This document shows, piece by piece, positions 1 through 13,528 of a DNA stretch of 64,000 nt. The position numbers and the translations under genes are program-made. The number at the start of each line of letters is the position of its first letter. Positions within the stretch are counted from its first letter, which is position 1. The DNA lies in NCBI GenBank assembly GCA_051313645.2, contig JBNRSN020000014.1, positions 8,184,001 through 8,248,000 on the forward strand, written 5' to 3'. The notes under the pieces were generated by a model. The model was not told where the DNA came from, did no database searches, and saw nothing but the letters and a program-made list of their open reading frames with translations. The stretch comes from Centroscyllium fabricii. Its lineage: Eukaryota.

Positions 1-49
1 GAAAGTTAACATGCAGGAACAGCAAGAAATGAGGAAAGCAGGTATCTCT

Positions 50-245
50 CATCTCCCCCGCCTTCTAGCCTGTCGCTGTTCTTTCAGCCCCCCCCTTCCC
101 CAGCCCCCACAAGCTTTAGAATCTATCTCCCCTCCCGGCTTCTCTAGTTTTGAAGAAAGATCATCGACCTGAAACGTTAGCCCTGTTCCTGTCCCCACCG
201 ATGCTGCCTGGCCTGCTGAGTTTCTCCAGTGTTTTCGATTGTTTT
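50..245 (+). mobile_element. Penelope-type terminal fragment with degenerate hammerhead
   Basis: ttgaagaaagatcatcgacctgaaacgttag...gatgctgcctggcctgctgag, inserted in a CR1 RT fragment. Confidence 0.5.
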
Positions 246-249
246 TTTA

Positions 250-899
250 GGAAAGCAAATGGTGTGTTGGCCTTTATTACAAGAGGATTTGAGGATAAGA
301 GTAAAGACATCTTACTGCAATTATATCAGGCCCTGGTGAGACCACACCTGGAGTATTGTGGACAGTTTTGGTCGTCTTGCCTAAGGAAGGATATACTTGC
401 CATAGAGGGAGTGCAACGAAGGTTCACTAGGTTGATTCCTGGGATGAGAGGGTTGTCCTATGAGGAGAGATTGAGTAGACTAGGCCTGTATTTTCTAGAA
501 GAGTGAGAGGTGATCTCATTGAAACATATAAAATTCTTACAGGGCTTGACCGGGTAGATGCAGGGAGGATGTTTCCCCTGGCTGGGGAGTCTAGAACCAG
601 GGGTCACAGTCTCAGAATAAGGGGTCGGCCATTCAGGACTGAGATGAGGAGAAATTTCTTCACTCAGACGGTGGTGAATCTTTGGAATTCTCTGCCCCAG
701 AGGGCTGTGGAGGCTCAGTAGTTGAGTATATTCAAGATAGAGATCGATAGATTTATTTGGATATTAAGGGAATCGAGGGATATGGGGATAGTGTAGGAAA
801 GTGGAGATGAGGTGGATGATCAGCCATGATCTCATTGAATGGCGGAGCAGACTCGAGGGGCCGAATGGCCGACTCCTGCTCCTATTTCTTATATTCTTA
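250..899 (+). mobile_element. CR1 LINE 3' fragment
   Basis: [18 protein letters not shown]...RGDLIETYKIL...RTRGHSL; 3' stem-loop and (ttcttata) tail. Confidence 0.9.
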
Positions 900-2069
900 A
901 AAGACACTAACAAGTTATTTATAAGTAGGTTTTCATGTAACAAGGCTGCTATATCTTTACTTGCTTAGAGAGAGTTAATCTGTGTGCAATGCAGAGTTTG
1001 TTTTACAGTCTGATTCCGGGGGATTTGAAGAGATCCCAATGTAGAAATTGTGTGTCGGACATTATTTCCAAATTGCAATGAACCAAAAACAGCTGGGCTT
1101 CGGGATTGAAATTTTGTTTAGAAATGTGAGCCTATCTTTCAGCACGTGGGTCAGGCAGTGCCTCCGGGGTTGCTGTAACTGTTCATAAAAATAGGAGAAT
1201 GGCTTTACATAGAAACATAGAAGATAGGAGCAGGAGTCGGCCATTCGGCCCCTCGAGCCTGCTCCGCCATTCGATGAGATCATGGCTGATCATCCAAATT
1301 CAGTACCCTGTCCCTGCCTTCTCCCCATATCCCTTGATCCCTTTAGCCTTAAGAAATATATCCAACTCCTTCTTGAATATATTTAATGAATTGTCCTCCA
1401 CTGCTCTCTGTGGTAGAGAATTCCACAGCTTCACCACTCTCTGGGTGAAGAAATTCCTCCTCATCTCTGTCCTAAATGGTTTACCCCTTATCCTTAGGCT
1501 TTGTGTGGTACAGAGGGGTGGACATGGCTGTCCACCTCCTGAGAATCCCTGTTCAAATCCAGCCCAGTTCAACCGGATCAAAGTCCCTACTGCAGTCCTG
1601 TAATGGGTCTGGAAAGTCTCCATTCAGTTATTTGTGGCCAGGGGCACACTGTAGAAGCCTGCTACTAAACTGGCAGCGTGGTTTGAAGAGGCTGCAAGCT
1701 TGATACGGTGGTAATTGCAAAGAATTCCCACATTGGTTCAGTAGGAGATGACTTCTGAGGTTGGAGCTGAACCATGCTGTTGGGCCAGAATACAGCGACC
1801 TTTACTTCGCAGCGAGCTGACCTGTACCAAGCTGGGAATGTTGACATAAGAACATAAGAATTAGGGGGAGTTGGCTATTCGGCCCCTCGAGCCTGCTCCA
1901 CCATTCAATAAGATCATGGCTGATAGGAAGATAGAAGAAACATAGAAGATAGGAGCAGGAGTCGGCCATTCGGCCCTTCGAGCCTGCTCCGCCATTCAAT
2001 GAGATCATGGCTGATCTACCTCATCTCTACTTTCCTGCCCGATCCCCATATCCCTGGATTCCCTTAATA

Positions 2070-2308
2070 CAGGTTGAACACCGTTAATCTGGCACGGGCG
2101 GGACCAGGCCTGTGCCGGTATACCGAAGAATGAAGCCATCCAGTGCACATGCACGCACCATTCAAAATGGCCACCGCGAAATTATGAATGATCTGCGCTT
2201 GCCGTTCGGCGCATGCGCAGATCATTCGCCGAAGCATCAATCACGGCGGCCATTTTGCGCACTGAAGCTGCCGGCTTTTCGGTTACCGGATTAACGGTCT
2301 TCAACCTG
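2070..2308. mobile_element. Tc1/mariner (Tigger-like) MITE
   Basis: TA-CAGGTTGAACACCGTTAATC...GATTAACGGTCTTCAACCTG-TA; excision restores the host CR1 sequence. Confidence 0.85.
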
Positions 2309-2896
2309 TATTCAAAAATCTATCGCTCTCTGTCTTGAATGCACTCAACGACTGAGCCTCCACAGCCCTCTGGGCTAGAGAATTCCAAAGATTCACCACC
2401 CTCTGAGTGAAGAAATTCCTTCTCATCTCAGTCCTAAATGGCCGACCCCTTATTCTGAGACTGGGCACCTGTTTGGTTCCCCAGCACTAAAACCTCTCGC
2501 CTTATTGAACGCCAAATTAATAAAAAGAGAAAAACTTCAGAATACAGCTTGTGAGTGACATGATAGTTATTTTACTTTGTGAGCATTGCATTTCGTAATT
2601 ATATGACTCTTTGCAATGCTACTTTCAATTGCCTTTTGCATTCGATTTCAGAACCTGGTCTCTATTGCAAAGCAGTCACAATGGTATAATGCATCAGTGT
2701 TCAATTTTCTTGTCATCTGAAATTTATTTTAAAGTGTAGAAAAATTGTTTAAAGAAAAAAATGTTAAGCTTGTGTTTCCTCCTGTTTGTTCCTTCCGATC
2801 CCCCCCCCCCCCCAGCAGCCCCCACCTCCGAGGTTGTGACTCATGCTGGGGTACAGCTCCACCGACTCCGGCCTCCCTATTTCTTATGTTCTTAAT

Positions 2897-3652
2897 GGGC
2901 CAGAAATTCGGGTCGGAGGCTTGCCGCGTGTGCAACCCTCCAAAGTGCACTTACGGAGCGGAGCGCGCCTGCCGTTCTCGATTTCACCCACTTGAAATCC
3001 CGATCCAGAGGCCTGCTGAAAGGCCGGCGCGTCGCGCTGATGCAACTGAACGTCGGAGTTAGTGCGAGGGATCGCGCGGGATCACGTGGTCCACGGGGAG
3101 CCAATTGGAGCAAAGAATGCTCCATTCATAAGGTTGACAGGAAGAGCTGTCAAACGTATGAATACTACAGCCCCAAAACTACACTAAATCTTAAAATAAA
3201 TTTTTAAAAAACAGCACATTAATGACTATGTATCAATGACATAAATTAGCTATTTTAAACAAATTAAACATTTTGAAAAAAATATTTAAAGTATTTAACG
3301 GGCCTACAAATCAACTTACCTTTCCTTAAAGTTTTTAAAACTGGAAAAACCTGTGGAAAAAAAATGTTTAAATTGAATAAAATAAAGACTTACCTGATGA
3401 AATCCACTCCTTGCGCTTGAAAATATCAGCCGTAAATATTTCAAATACTTACCCTGATACAAACCTGTGACAAAATCGGAAGTTCATTGCGCACCTCCTG
3501 CTGCGCAGGCCAACGCGCTCCGGCTCCTGACCCCTCCAGTCAGGGGATCGGAATTGCCGGTTTCGCGCACATGCCAGAAACTGGAAGTTCCGAGGGGCCC
3601 ACGCGTGAGTACACCGTCTGTACTCGTGCGTTGGGCCCCTAATTTCTGGGCC
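2897..3652. mobile_element. Non-autonomous TIR element (possibly PIF/Harbinger-type)
   Basis: gggccagaaattcggg ... ccctaatttctgggcc; GC-rich ends and AT-rich core. Confidence 0.7.
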
Positions 3653-4294
3653 ATTAAGATACTGAGGGGACTCGACAGGGTAGATGCAGGAAGGATGTTT
3701 CCACTCGTGGGGGAATCTAGAACTCGGGGGCATAGTTTCAGAATAAGGGGTCGCCCTTTTAGAACTGAGATGAGGAGGAATTTCTTCTCTTGAGGGTAGT
3801 AAATCTGTGGAACGGAGGCTGGGTCATTAAATACATTTAAGGTGGAGATCGACAGGTTTTTGCAAGATAAGGGAGTGAAGGGTTATGGGGAGCGGGCAGG
3901 GAAGTGGCTTTGAGCCCAAGATCAGCCCTGATCTCATTGAATACACCCACAGCGCTTGGGATGACGTTGTTGGGCTTTTGCTACAAAACGCAGCCCCTCC
4001 CTCCCTCGGAAAACTCACCCAGTTTCAGGGAGTTGTAAACCCATGTCCAAAGATGTGCGGGTTAGGTTGATTGGCCATGATAAATTGACCCTTAGTGTTA
4101 GGGGGATTACATATGTGGGGGTTACGGGGAAAGGGTGGGATATGTGTCTTTGCAAGCTCGATAGGGAGCGAGGGATATGGGGAGAGGGCAGGGATAGGGT
4201 ACTGGGTTTGGATGATCAGCCATGATCTCATTGAATGGCGGAGCAGGCTCGAAGGGCCGAATGGCCTACTCCTGCCCCTATCTTCTATGTTTCT

Positions 4295-4735
4295 ATGACC
4301 AGAAAGTTGATTGGACGATACTCTCTGGAGTTTAGAAGAATGAGAGGTGATCTTATTGAAACATAAAAAATTCTGAGGGGGATTGACAGGGTCGATGCTG
4401 AGAGGTTCTTTCCCCTGGCTGGAGAGTCTAGAACCAGGGGGCATAGTCTCAGGATAAGGGGTCGGCCATTTAGGGCTGAGATGAGGAGGAATTTCTTCAC
4501 CCGGAGGGTGGTGAATCTTTGGAATTCTCCGCCCCAGAGGGCTGTGGAGGCGGAGTCGTTGAGTATATTCGAGGCGGAGATAGATAGATATTTAGACTCC
4601 AGGGGAGTCAAGGGATATGAAGATTGGGCGGGAAAGTGGAGATGAGGTAGAAGATCAGCCATGATCTTATTGAATGGCGGAGCAGGCTCGAGGGGCCGAA
4701 TGGCCGACTCCTGCTCCTAGTTATGTTCTAATGTT
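4295..4735 (+). mobile_element. CR1 LINE 3' fragment
   Basis: Same RT C-terminus and 3' UTR as the other copies. Confidence 0.85.
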
Positions 4736-5559
4736 CTCCCCCCTCCCCTTGTGCTTTCTTCGTGTGTGCGAGGACATTGAATGTCAGCAGCTTATTCAAC
4801 TGTAGCAGAAGGTATCCTAGCTGAGCCTGATCATGTTGTACCCAAGTTCCGCACGTTTGGCCAGGAACCTCCTGAATAGTGAGCAAGAGCCAAGAATTCA
4901 AACCAATCGGAGCTCCTCAGTTGCCAGCCCAGCTCAGTCAGCACTGACTGGGAGTGGAACCTGGAGCCTCCCTGCTTTGTATGGCTCAGTTGCAAGTTGG
5001 CCTGTGCTGAAGCATTGGGGAGCCTCGTCTTGCCTGGTGCTGATGTTCAGAAGCCGGCTATAGCGCCAGTGTTGCCAGCACTTCCAAAATGAATTAAACC
5101 GGTGGAAGCCCACCCATGGTACCTGCTGCCCAGTGCAGTGTGTACAAAAGGCAAGGATGTCTGTAGTTCATCACTGAACAATCCCAGTGCTCTGTAATTC
5201 AGTATTCAGAGGCTAATGCTCGGAACTAGATTCTGAAACACACCCGTGATTGCTGTTTTGTAATTACAGACATTTTTGGTGCATCTTTGGTCAGGCGTCT
5301 AGTTTAACATTCGAATTTGACACAGGTGCTGTCTAAATGCAAGCCTTTCATTTGTTTGAAAAGAGTGGACGAAGAGACGCAATGAATCAGGAAGTAGTTA
5401 GTTTACACCAGCCTGGGTTCTAAAAGAAGTGAAGGTCGAGGGCAGCGCGGGGTTGCTCGGTTTTCGAGTCCTGAGCTAGAGTCGGAAGCTGAGTGACGGG
5501 CCATGATTCCAACACTGAGGATCAGGGAGACCGTGATTTCTATTTTGAAGTGCAGCCGT

Positions 5560-5739
5560 CAATGTTCCCCCTAATTTTTTTTGAGGGGGGGGCGGGGAAG
5601 AGATGTGCGGTTCCTTTAATGGGCTGCGTGGCCCGTTCAAAACTTCACGTATTCGCGAAATACCCATGGAAAAGCCGGTGCGCGGCCTGCATGGGACCTC
5701 CAGACGGCTGCGCAGCCGCTCGGCTTAGCGGGAACGTTG
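5560..5739. mobile_element. hAT-type MITE inserted in a Deu-SINE
   Basis: caatgttccc...gggaacgttg TIRs. Confidence 0.65.
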
Positions 5740-6329
5740 GTAGTCCCTGCTGTAATGTGGGAAACGCGGCAGCCAATTTGCGCACAGCAAGCTCCCACAA
5801 ACAGCCGCGTGATAATGACCAGATGATCTGTTTTGGTGATGTTGAATGAGGGAGCAATATTGGTCCTGGGTTAACTCCTCTGCTCCTCTTCGAATCGAGC
5901 CATAGGAGCTTTTCCGTCCACCCGAGAGAGCAGATGGGGCCTTAGTTTAACGTCTTATCTGAAGGAACAAGGCCTTTTGCAGTATCAATAAAATAAAGAC
6001 CAGAAAGGCTACGATGGCAAGAGATTGATCAGAGCCTAAAGGGAAATAAGCGCTCCATAGCCAATGAAGTACGTTTTGAAGTATAGTCCCTGTTGTAATG
6101 GGGGAAACGTGGCAGCCAATTTGTGCACAGCAAGCTCCCACAAACAGCAATGTGATAATGACCAGATAATCTGTTTTAATGATGTTGGATGAGAGATAAA
6201 TATTGTCCCAGGACACCAGGGAGAACTCTCCTGTGCATCTGCGAAATAGTGCCTGTGGGATCTTTTATGTCCAGCTGAGAGAGCAGACAGGGCCTCAGTT
6301 TAACGTCTCATCCGAAAGACAGCACCTCT

Positions 6330-6688
6330 GACAGTGCAGCACTCCCTCAGTACTGCCCCTCCGACAGTGCGGCGCTCCCTCAGTACTGCCCCTCCGACAA
6401 TGCGGCGCTCCCTCAGTACTGCTCCTCCGACAGTGCGGCGCTCCCTCAGTACTGCCCCTCCGACAGTGCGGCGCTCCCTCAGTACTGCCCCTCCAACAGT
6501 GCAGCGCTCCCTCAGTACTGCCCCTCCAACAGTGCAGCGCTCCCTCAGTACTGCCCCTCCGACAGTGCAGCGCTCCCTCAGTACTGCCCCTCCGACAGTG
6601 CGCCGCTCCCTCAGTACTGCCCCTCCGACAGTGCGCCGCTCCCTCAGTACTGCCCCTCCGACAGTGCGGTGCTCCCTCAGCACTGCAC
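6330..6688. repeat. 33-bp minisatellite (about 11 units) inside a Deu-SINE (6045-6735)
   Basis: Unit ctccctcagtactgcccctccgacagtgcggcg. Confidence 0.95.
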
Positions 6689-7419
6689 TGGGAGTGTCAG
6701 CCTGGATTATGTGCTCTAATCTCTGGTGTGGGGCTTGTTACAGGCCTTTTGCCCTTCACCAGCTTTCTCAAAGAAAACCAGTTCTGAAGCCAGAGATTTG
6801 CCTGCTCTTTCAGTGAGTTGCTCTCGTGTAGTGAGCTGTAATTAAACCTCTGATGGTGCGGTGTTTAGGAGCACCTGCCATTCCTCTCCATACTGAGCAT
6901 TCAGTCTCTCTCACTGTTTGGGGAGGGAGGTGCTGAGTAAGGCCCTGCATTTCCCCACAGGGGGAAGGATGGGGAAACCAAAGGGAGATAGCCCAGAGTT
7001 TGATTTTTTTGTGCGGTCTCCCAAGAGGTGAAAGAGCGGGTCGTTGACACCCTCTCCCTCCCACCACCATCCCCTGAGGATAGAATTGGATTGTTGATCA
7101 CTGAAGGAAGAAAGGCAGACTTGCATTTCTATAGCGCCTTTCACGACCACCGGACGTCCCAAAGCGCTTCATGGCCAGTGAAGTACTTTTGGAGTGCGGT
7201 CGCTGTTGTAATGTAGGAAACGCGGCAGCCAATTTGCGCACAGCAAGCTCCCACAAACCAGATAATCTGTTTCAGTGATGTTGATTGAGGGATAAATGTT
7301 GGCCAGGTCACTGGGGTAACTCCCCTGCTCCTCCTCTTGATAGTGCCATGGAATTTTTTACATTCACCTGAGAGATCAGACGGGGCCTCGGCTTAACGTC
7401 TCATCAGAAAGACAGCAGT

Positions 7420-8150
7420 TTCTTCTTTCGTATGGTAGTGGCAAAGCAAATCAGCCGTCAATATCTAAGTCAGATATCCAGGCCAGCATGGATATCCTGT
7501 AGGCTGCCTGCGCATCTCCTCTGAGGGCAGGGCTCACTGATGTGCTCCAGGGTCTGATCAGGTGCTCCACAGTCACATGATGGGGATACTTTAATCTTCA
7601 TCTATGGAGAAGGTGGCAGCCTCTACCACGGCCGGTTCTGAGGCGGTTAATGGTTGTCTGCTGTTTGTGAGGAAGGTTTGATCCTTCAGGTTGTACTGTG
7701 GGGTCCTCTATAAGGAATTCATTCTGTATGTGGCAGTTCTTCCAAGGATTTCGCCATCGGTCATCAAGGCTGAGGCGAGATCGCTGAAGGGCTTCAGCGA
7801 TGGTCCAAAAAGACTTTCTAGATTTGAGACGGCTTGATGGTAGGTTGTTCAAGTCAGCCTGGATTGGCATGTCTTTGCTGGTGTAGCGGTTGTGTTCATT
7901 GGAGACTGCATATTTGCGGCGTAGGTGTGGTGGTGCGATGTTTGCAAGCACGGGCAGCCAAGGTGTTGGTGTCGATAAAAGCGTATCAGTGATAATTCTC
8001 ATAGTAGAATTCAGCTGGACATCAACAGATTTGACATGTGGACTTGATAGACATGCCGGAGAGCAATAATCCGCTGTAGAGTACACCAGGGCGAGTGCTG
8101 CCATACGGAGGGTTTGAGCGTCTGCTGGGTGGGCGTGTGTGCTGTGAGGA
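7420..8150 (-). mobile_element. Vingi/Ingi-like LINE 3' fragment
   Basis: TLRMAALALVYSTADYCSP...QLNSTMRIITDTLLSTPTPWLPVLANIAPPHLRR; 3' end ccatacgaaagaagaa. Confidence 0.7.
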
Positions 8151-9116
8151 GGATGTCGAGAAACCCCAGTATAATTTGGACAGGTTGGGTGATTGGGCAG
8201 ATGCAGTATAACGTGGATAAATGCGAGGTTATCCACTTTGGTGTCAAAAACAGGAAGGCAGATTATTATCTGAATGGCAATAGATTGGGAAAAGGGGAAG
8301 TGCAGCGAGACCTGGGTGTCCTTGTGCACCAGTCGCTGAAAGTAAGCATGCAGATGCAGCAGGCGGTGAAGAAGGCGAATGCTATGTTGGCCTTCATAGC
8401 GAAAGGGTTTGAGTACAGGAACAAGGATGTCTTGCTGCAGTTGTTCAGGGCCTTGGTGAGACCACACCTTGAGTATTGTGTGCAGTTTTGGTCTCCTTAT
8501 CGAAGGAAGGATGTTCTTGCCATGGAGGGAGTGCAGCGAAGATTCACCAGACTGATACCTGGGATGGCAGGAATGACGTATGAGGAGAGATTGGGCTGAT
8601 TAGGCTTATATTCACTGGAGTTTAGAAGAATGAGAGGGGATCTCATTGAAACTTATAAAATTCTAACAGGACTGGACAGACTGGATGCAGGAAGGATGTT
8701 CCCGATGGCCGGGGAGTCCAGGACCAGGGGTCACAGTCTAAGGATAAGGGGTAAACCATTTAGGACAGAAATTAGGAGGAATTTCTCCACCCAGAGAGTG
8801 GTGAACCTGTGGAATTCTCTACCACACAAGGCAGTTGAGGCCAATTCATTAAATATATTCAAGAAGGAGTTGGATATATATAGAATCATAGAATCCCTAC
8901 AGTGCAGATAGAGGCCATTTCGGCCCATTGAGCCTGCACCGACACACATCCCACCCTATCCCCGTAACCCCACATATTTAATCCCCCTAACACTAAGGGT
9001 CAATTTATCATGGCCAATCAACCTAACCCACACATCTTTGGACTGTGGGAGGAAACCGGAGTACCTGGAGGAAATCCACGCAGACACGGGGAGAATGTGC
9101 AAACTCCACACAGATA

Positions 9117-9343
9117 AATGCAAGAAGTCACACAACACCAGGTTATAGTCCAACAGTTTTATTTGAAATCACAAGCTTTCGGAGCGCTGCTCTTTCCTCA
9201 GGCAAAAGAGAAGTTCATCTAAATAAAGCACATAAATGTGCTTTCTTTAGATGAACGTCAAATAAAGCTGTTGGACTATAACCTGGTGTTGTGTGACTTC
9301 TTGCATTTGTCCACCCCAGTCCAACACCGGCACCTCCACATGA
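9117..9343. mobile_element. Same inverted-repeat element inserted in an HE1-type SINE
   Basis: Same arms as 14688; TSD tccacacagata / tccacacaaata. Confidence 0.7.
9168..9204 (-). ncRNA. Minimal hammerhead motif, second copy
   Basis: Minus strand CTGAGGA-AA-GAGC-agc-GCTCC-GAAA-GC-TT-GTGA; stems more degenerate. Confidence 0.5.
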
Positions 9344-10119
9344 TGTCCACACAAATAGTCCCCCAAGGCCGATTTGAACCCAGGTCCCTAGCGCTGTGAG
9401 GCAACAGTGCTAACCACTATGCCACCGTGCCGCCCTCTTAAGGCTAAAGGGATCAAGGGATATGGGGAGAAGGCAGGGACAGGGTACTGAATTTGGATGA
9501 TCAGCCATGATCTCATTGAATGGCAGAGCAGACTCGAGGGGCCGAATGGCCTCCTCCTGCTCCTATCTTCTGTGTTTCTATGCGGATCTGGTGAGTTTGT
9601 GGATCATGTTGACCCTACTCTTAGTTTCTTCCCAAGGTTCTGGAGATGCTGTCTAGATGACAGGGTGTGATCCAAGACAGTACTGCGCTGGAGTGTCAGC
9701 CTGGAATTTTGTGCTCCAGTCTCTGGAGTGGGACTTGAACCCACAACCTTCTGACTCAGAGGCGCGAGTGCTGGCCACCGAACCACGGCTGACACCTAGG
9801 GGTGAGAGGAGGGCTGTAGAGTCACCAAAAAAAACTTCAGCAAGCCTTTGGTCCCATCTCCCGACCTCTCCTTCTTTGGCTCTGCATCCATTCTCATTAC
9901 CCACCTGTGGAGCCTCTGGGAATGTTTTTTGACATTGAAGATGCCACATCAATGCAAGTTGTTAAGAATCTTGTCTCTAGTCGATGTGGCGCCACTGATC
10001 TTCCCGGATCAGCAGGACAGGGGGCTATCTGCGAGTTTTGGTGTTGCAAGGCGTACAATAACGGCCTGATCAATTATCCTACTACTTCCACTTGAACTGT
10101 GAAAACATACTGCAGTATA

Positions 10120-10617
10120 CAGGAAATGCTTTTATTATCCGGCACCGATGGGACCGGCGTGTTGCCGGTTGATCAAAAATTCCAGATGACGGGGAGGGTT
10201 TTCTACCGAGGCTAGAAATGTGCAGTAATTGGGTACTCACCTACAGAATGTTGTGTTAAATGGATGGTGGAAGATGCTTGATTAAGTACAGCACTGCCAG
10301 TTGAGGAATGCAGTGACTACCAGCAGTGTGGGAGACACACAGTACCCCTGTAAAATGGTGGATCAGAAGAGACTCCCGGCAGCGCGGGAGAGCCAGACTC
10401 CTGTTACAGGGGGATTGAGGTGTTCCGACTCCCAACAGCGCCAAGAAGCCGAGTAGTGGCAGTTTGGAGAACTACCCCCACTGACTAACTCGGCCACTGC
10501 GGGAGACTCGGACTCGGCAACATTGCTGGTTGTTGAGGTGTTGTTTTCGGAGCGAGGATTTTGCCGGTTAATAGAGAATTCTGGATATTTAGGTGCCATT
10601 TAAATGAGAATATCCTG
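10120..10617. mobile_element. Degenerate Tigger-like MITE
   Basis: TA-caggaaatgcttttattatccggcacc ... ggtgccatttaaatgagaatatcctg-TA. Confidence 0.55.
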
Positions 10618-11569
10618 TAGTTATAGACTTCGTACATCCAAACTTGGGAGAGAGCAGTTTACGCTGTATAACACCAGGGTGAAGTCCTGATGGGTGCAGG
10701 TCTGTCACCAGTGGCAGGAGCAACTTGAGGTTATAGTGTATTGGTTTCATTGCAGTTTCTCCTACTGTGTATTGGTAAGTGGGCGGCAAAACACTGCATT
10801 GGGTGTGAATAATTGAAGAGCCTTGTTATGATTAAGGGTGGTTTCTTTTTCTTAAATGCCAGCTTAATTTCCTCGTGAGCTTTGTTAAAGATAAACTTCC
10901 AACTTTGAATGCACATAGAAACATAGAAGATAGGAGCAGGAGTCGGCCATTCGGCCCCTTGAACCTGCTCCGCCATTCAATGAGATCATGGCTGATCATC
11001 CAAATTCAGTACCCTGCCCCTGCCTTTAAAAAAAAAAAAAAAAAAAGAATTGTTCCATTTCCCCAACTCCCTCCATTTCCCCCCTCCTCACCTTTGATGT
11101 CTGATTTCAAACCCCATTTAAAATCTTTTCATCTGCACTGTGAGGACACGTCTCAAAGTAAGGGTTTTGCACCTATTGCCATTCACTACCTTGGAGGGAC
11201 TGATGCTCAGTTTTATGTCGCAGTTATGCCTTCACACTCCAGGCTGAGACAAAGAGAGCGCGATCCCTGTCGACATGTCAAAAGGCCATCTTAAAACTTT
11301 ACTTTTCCACAAGGTGTTTTTTGCTGGAACCTTTATTAACTGCCCGCCTGATCTGACCTGCCCCTCGACGGTCAGTAGGGTGGCTGCAAAGGCAGGGATT
11401 TTTATAAACGTTACTGGACGAGTAATCCCGAAGATTGGACTAATAATCCAGACAATGCGAGTGCAAATCCCACCAAGGCAGGCTGAGAATTTGAATTCAG
11501 TTTATTAAATAACCGAATTTGGAAATCTAAAAGTGAGCATGAAGCTGTCAGATTGTTGTAAATACCCAA

Positions 11570-12110
11570 TTCTCTTACGCAGTCCCTCGGAACCGAGGAT
11601 GACTTGCTTCCACATTAAAAATGAGTTCTCAGGTGACTGATGAGTCCAATGCGGGACCTACAGTCTCTGTCACAGGTGGGGCAGACGGTGGTTGAAGGGG
11701 TGGGTGGGTGGGGTGCTCGGGTTGACGTGCGCTCCTTCCGCTGCCTGCGCTTGGCTTCCACTTGCTCCCGGCGAAGAGACTCGAGGTGTTCAGCATCGTC
11801 CCGGATGCTTCTCCTCCACTTTGTGCGGTCTTGGGCCAGGGATTCCCAGCTGTCGGTGGGGATGCTGCAGTTTTTCAAGGAGGCTTTGAGGGTGTCCTTG
11901 AAGCGTTTCCTCTGCCCACCTGGGGCTCTCTCGCCGTGTCGGAGCTCCGAGTAGAGCGCTTGTTTTGGGAGTCTCGAATCGGGCATGCGGATGATGTGAC
12001 CCATCCATCGGAGCTGATTGTGCGTGGTCAAAGCTTCGATGCTGGAGATGTTGGCCTGAGCGAGAACACTGACGTCGGTGCGCCTATCCCGCCAATGGAT
12101 TTGCAGGATT
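11570..12110 (-). mobile_element. RTE-clade LINE 3' end nested in an older SINE-like repeat (about 11410-12290)
   Basis: ILQIHWRDRRT...LRWMGHIIRMPDSRLPKQALYSEL...GGQRKRFKDTLKASL; C-terminal CPTC...SRIGLISHLRTH. Confidence 0.85.
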
Positions 12111-13139
12111 GGTTCGCTAATGTCCTTCAGGGAAGGAAGCCGGCCGTCCTTACCCGGTCTGGCCTGTATGTGACTCCAGTCCCACACCAACGTCCCTCAC
12201 AAACTGCCATCTGAAGTGGCTTAGCAAATCAGGATGGGCGATAAATGCTGGCCTTGCCAGCGACGCCCACGTCCCCAAGAATGAATTTAAAAAGTTATTT
12301 TTTCCAGAAACAGAATCTGATTTCACAGGATGATTGAACAGCAGGTTTTATCTGCGTTAATGTCTATCCTGAGCTCCTGGTGCATGATAAGCATAGAACC
12401 TCAGCTGCCCACTCTTGGATTCCCCTGTAATGTTGCCAGCCTCGAGCAGTGTGACGTGACTCTGGTATCTGCTTGCTGACTCGAACTGCCAGCCTGACAC
12501 TGGTGGTGAAGTGTGCAGGGCTCCGCTCTCAGCCTGTAAGCTTCATACTGTGGCCGCCACCACCGCAAAGTCTCTGCCGGCTATCTGTAAGTGCAAAAGC
12601 TGTCAAGTTGAGACTATTTCAGTGGAGCAGAGCTAGGTAATAAAGGGGCCTGTGAATAAAGCCTGAAGCTGGCTGTGGGAGAGGAATGTCTTTTCCTGCA
12701 CCAGGCTAGGTTTGAACTCTGGAAAAACAAACCGGCCAGGGAGGAGGAAAATTAGCTGTGGTTCCTGCCCCTGGCCGCTGCCCACTTACCCAGCGCAGAA
12801 AATGCTCATGTGTGGCCTGTTAAAGAATGAAAGACGTGCATTTCTGTAGCACTTTTCATGACCTAAAGCACTTTACAGCCAATGAAGTACTTTTTGAAGT
12901 GTAGTCACTGTTGTAATGTAGGAAACATGGCTGCCAATTGCGCACAGCAAGCTCCCACAATAAACAATGTGATAATGACCAGATAATCTGTTTTAGTGAT
13001 GTTGATTGAGGGATAAATATTGGCCAGGACACCGGGGAGAATGCCTGTGATCTTCTTCGAAATAGTGCTAAGCGATCATTGACACCCATCTGAGAGGGCA
13101 GACGGGCCTCAGTTTAACGTCTCATCCGAAAGACAGCAC

Positions 13140-13528
13140 CTCCGACTGCAGCACTCCCTCAGTACTGCACCCCCACCCCCACCCCCACCCCCATGACCGT
13201 GTAGTACTCCCTCAGTACTGCCCCTCCGAGAGTGCGGCGCTCCCTCAGCACTGCACCCTCACCCCCACGACAGTGCGGCGCTTCCTCAGTACGGCCCGTC
13301 CGACAGTGCAGCGTTCTCTCAGTACTGACCCTCCGACAGTGCAGCGCTCCCTCAGTACTGCCCCTCCGACAGTGTGGCGCTTCCTCAGTACTGTCGCTCT
13401 GACAGTGCGATGCTCCCTCAGTACTGCCCCTCCGACAGTGTGGCGCTTCCTCAGTACTGCCCCTCCGACAGTGCGGCGCTCCCTCAGCACTGCCCCTCCG
13501 ACAGTGCGGCACTCCCTCAGCACTGCAC
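13140..13528. repeat. 33-bp minisatellite (about 11 units) inside a Deu-SINE (12832-13633)
   Basis: Same unit, more diverged. Confidence 0.9.

Larger units (their letters stand above)
8176..9582 (+). mobile_element. CR1 LINE with nested HE1 SINE and hairpin element
   Basis: ORFs 8114-8599 and 8630-8911; CR1 resumes at about 9435. Confidence 0.9.
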
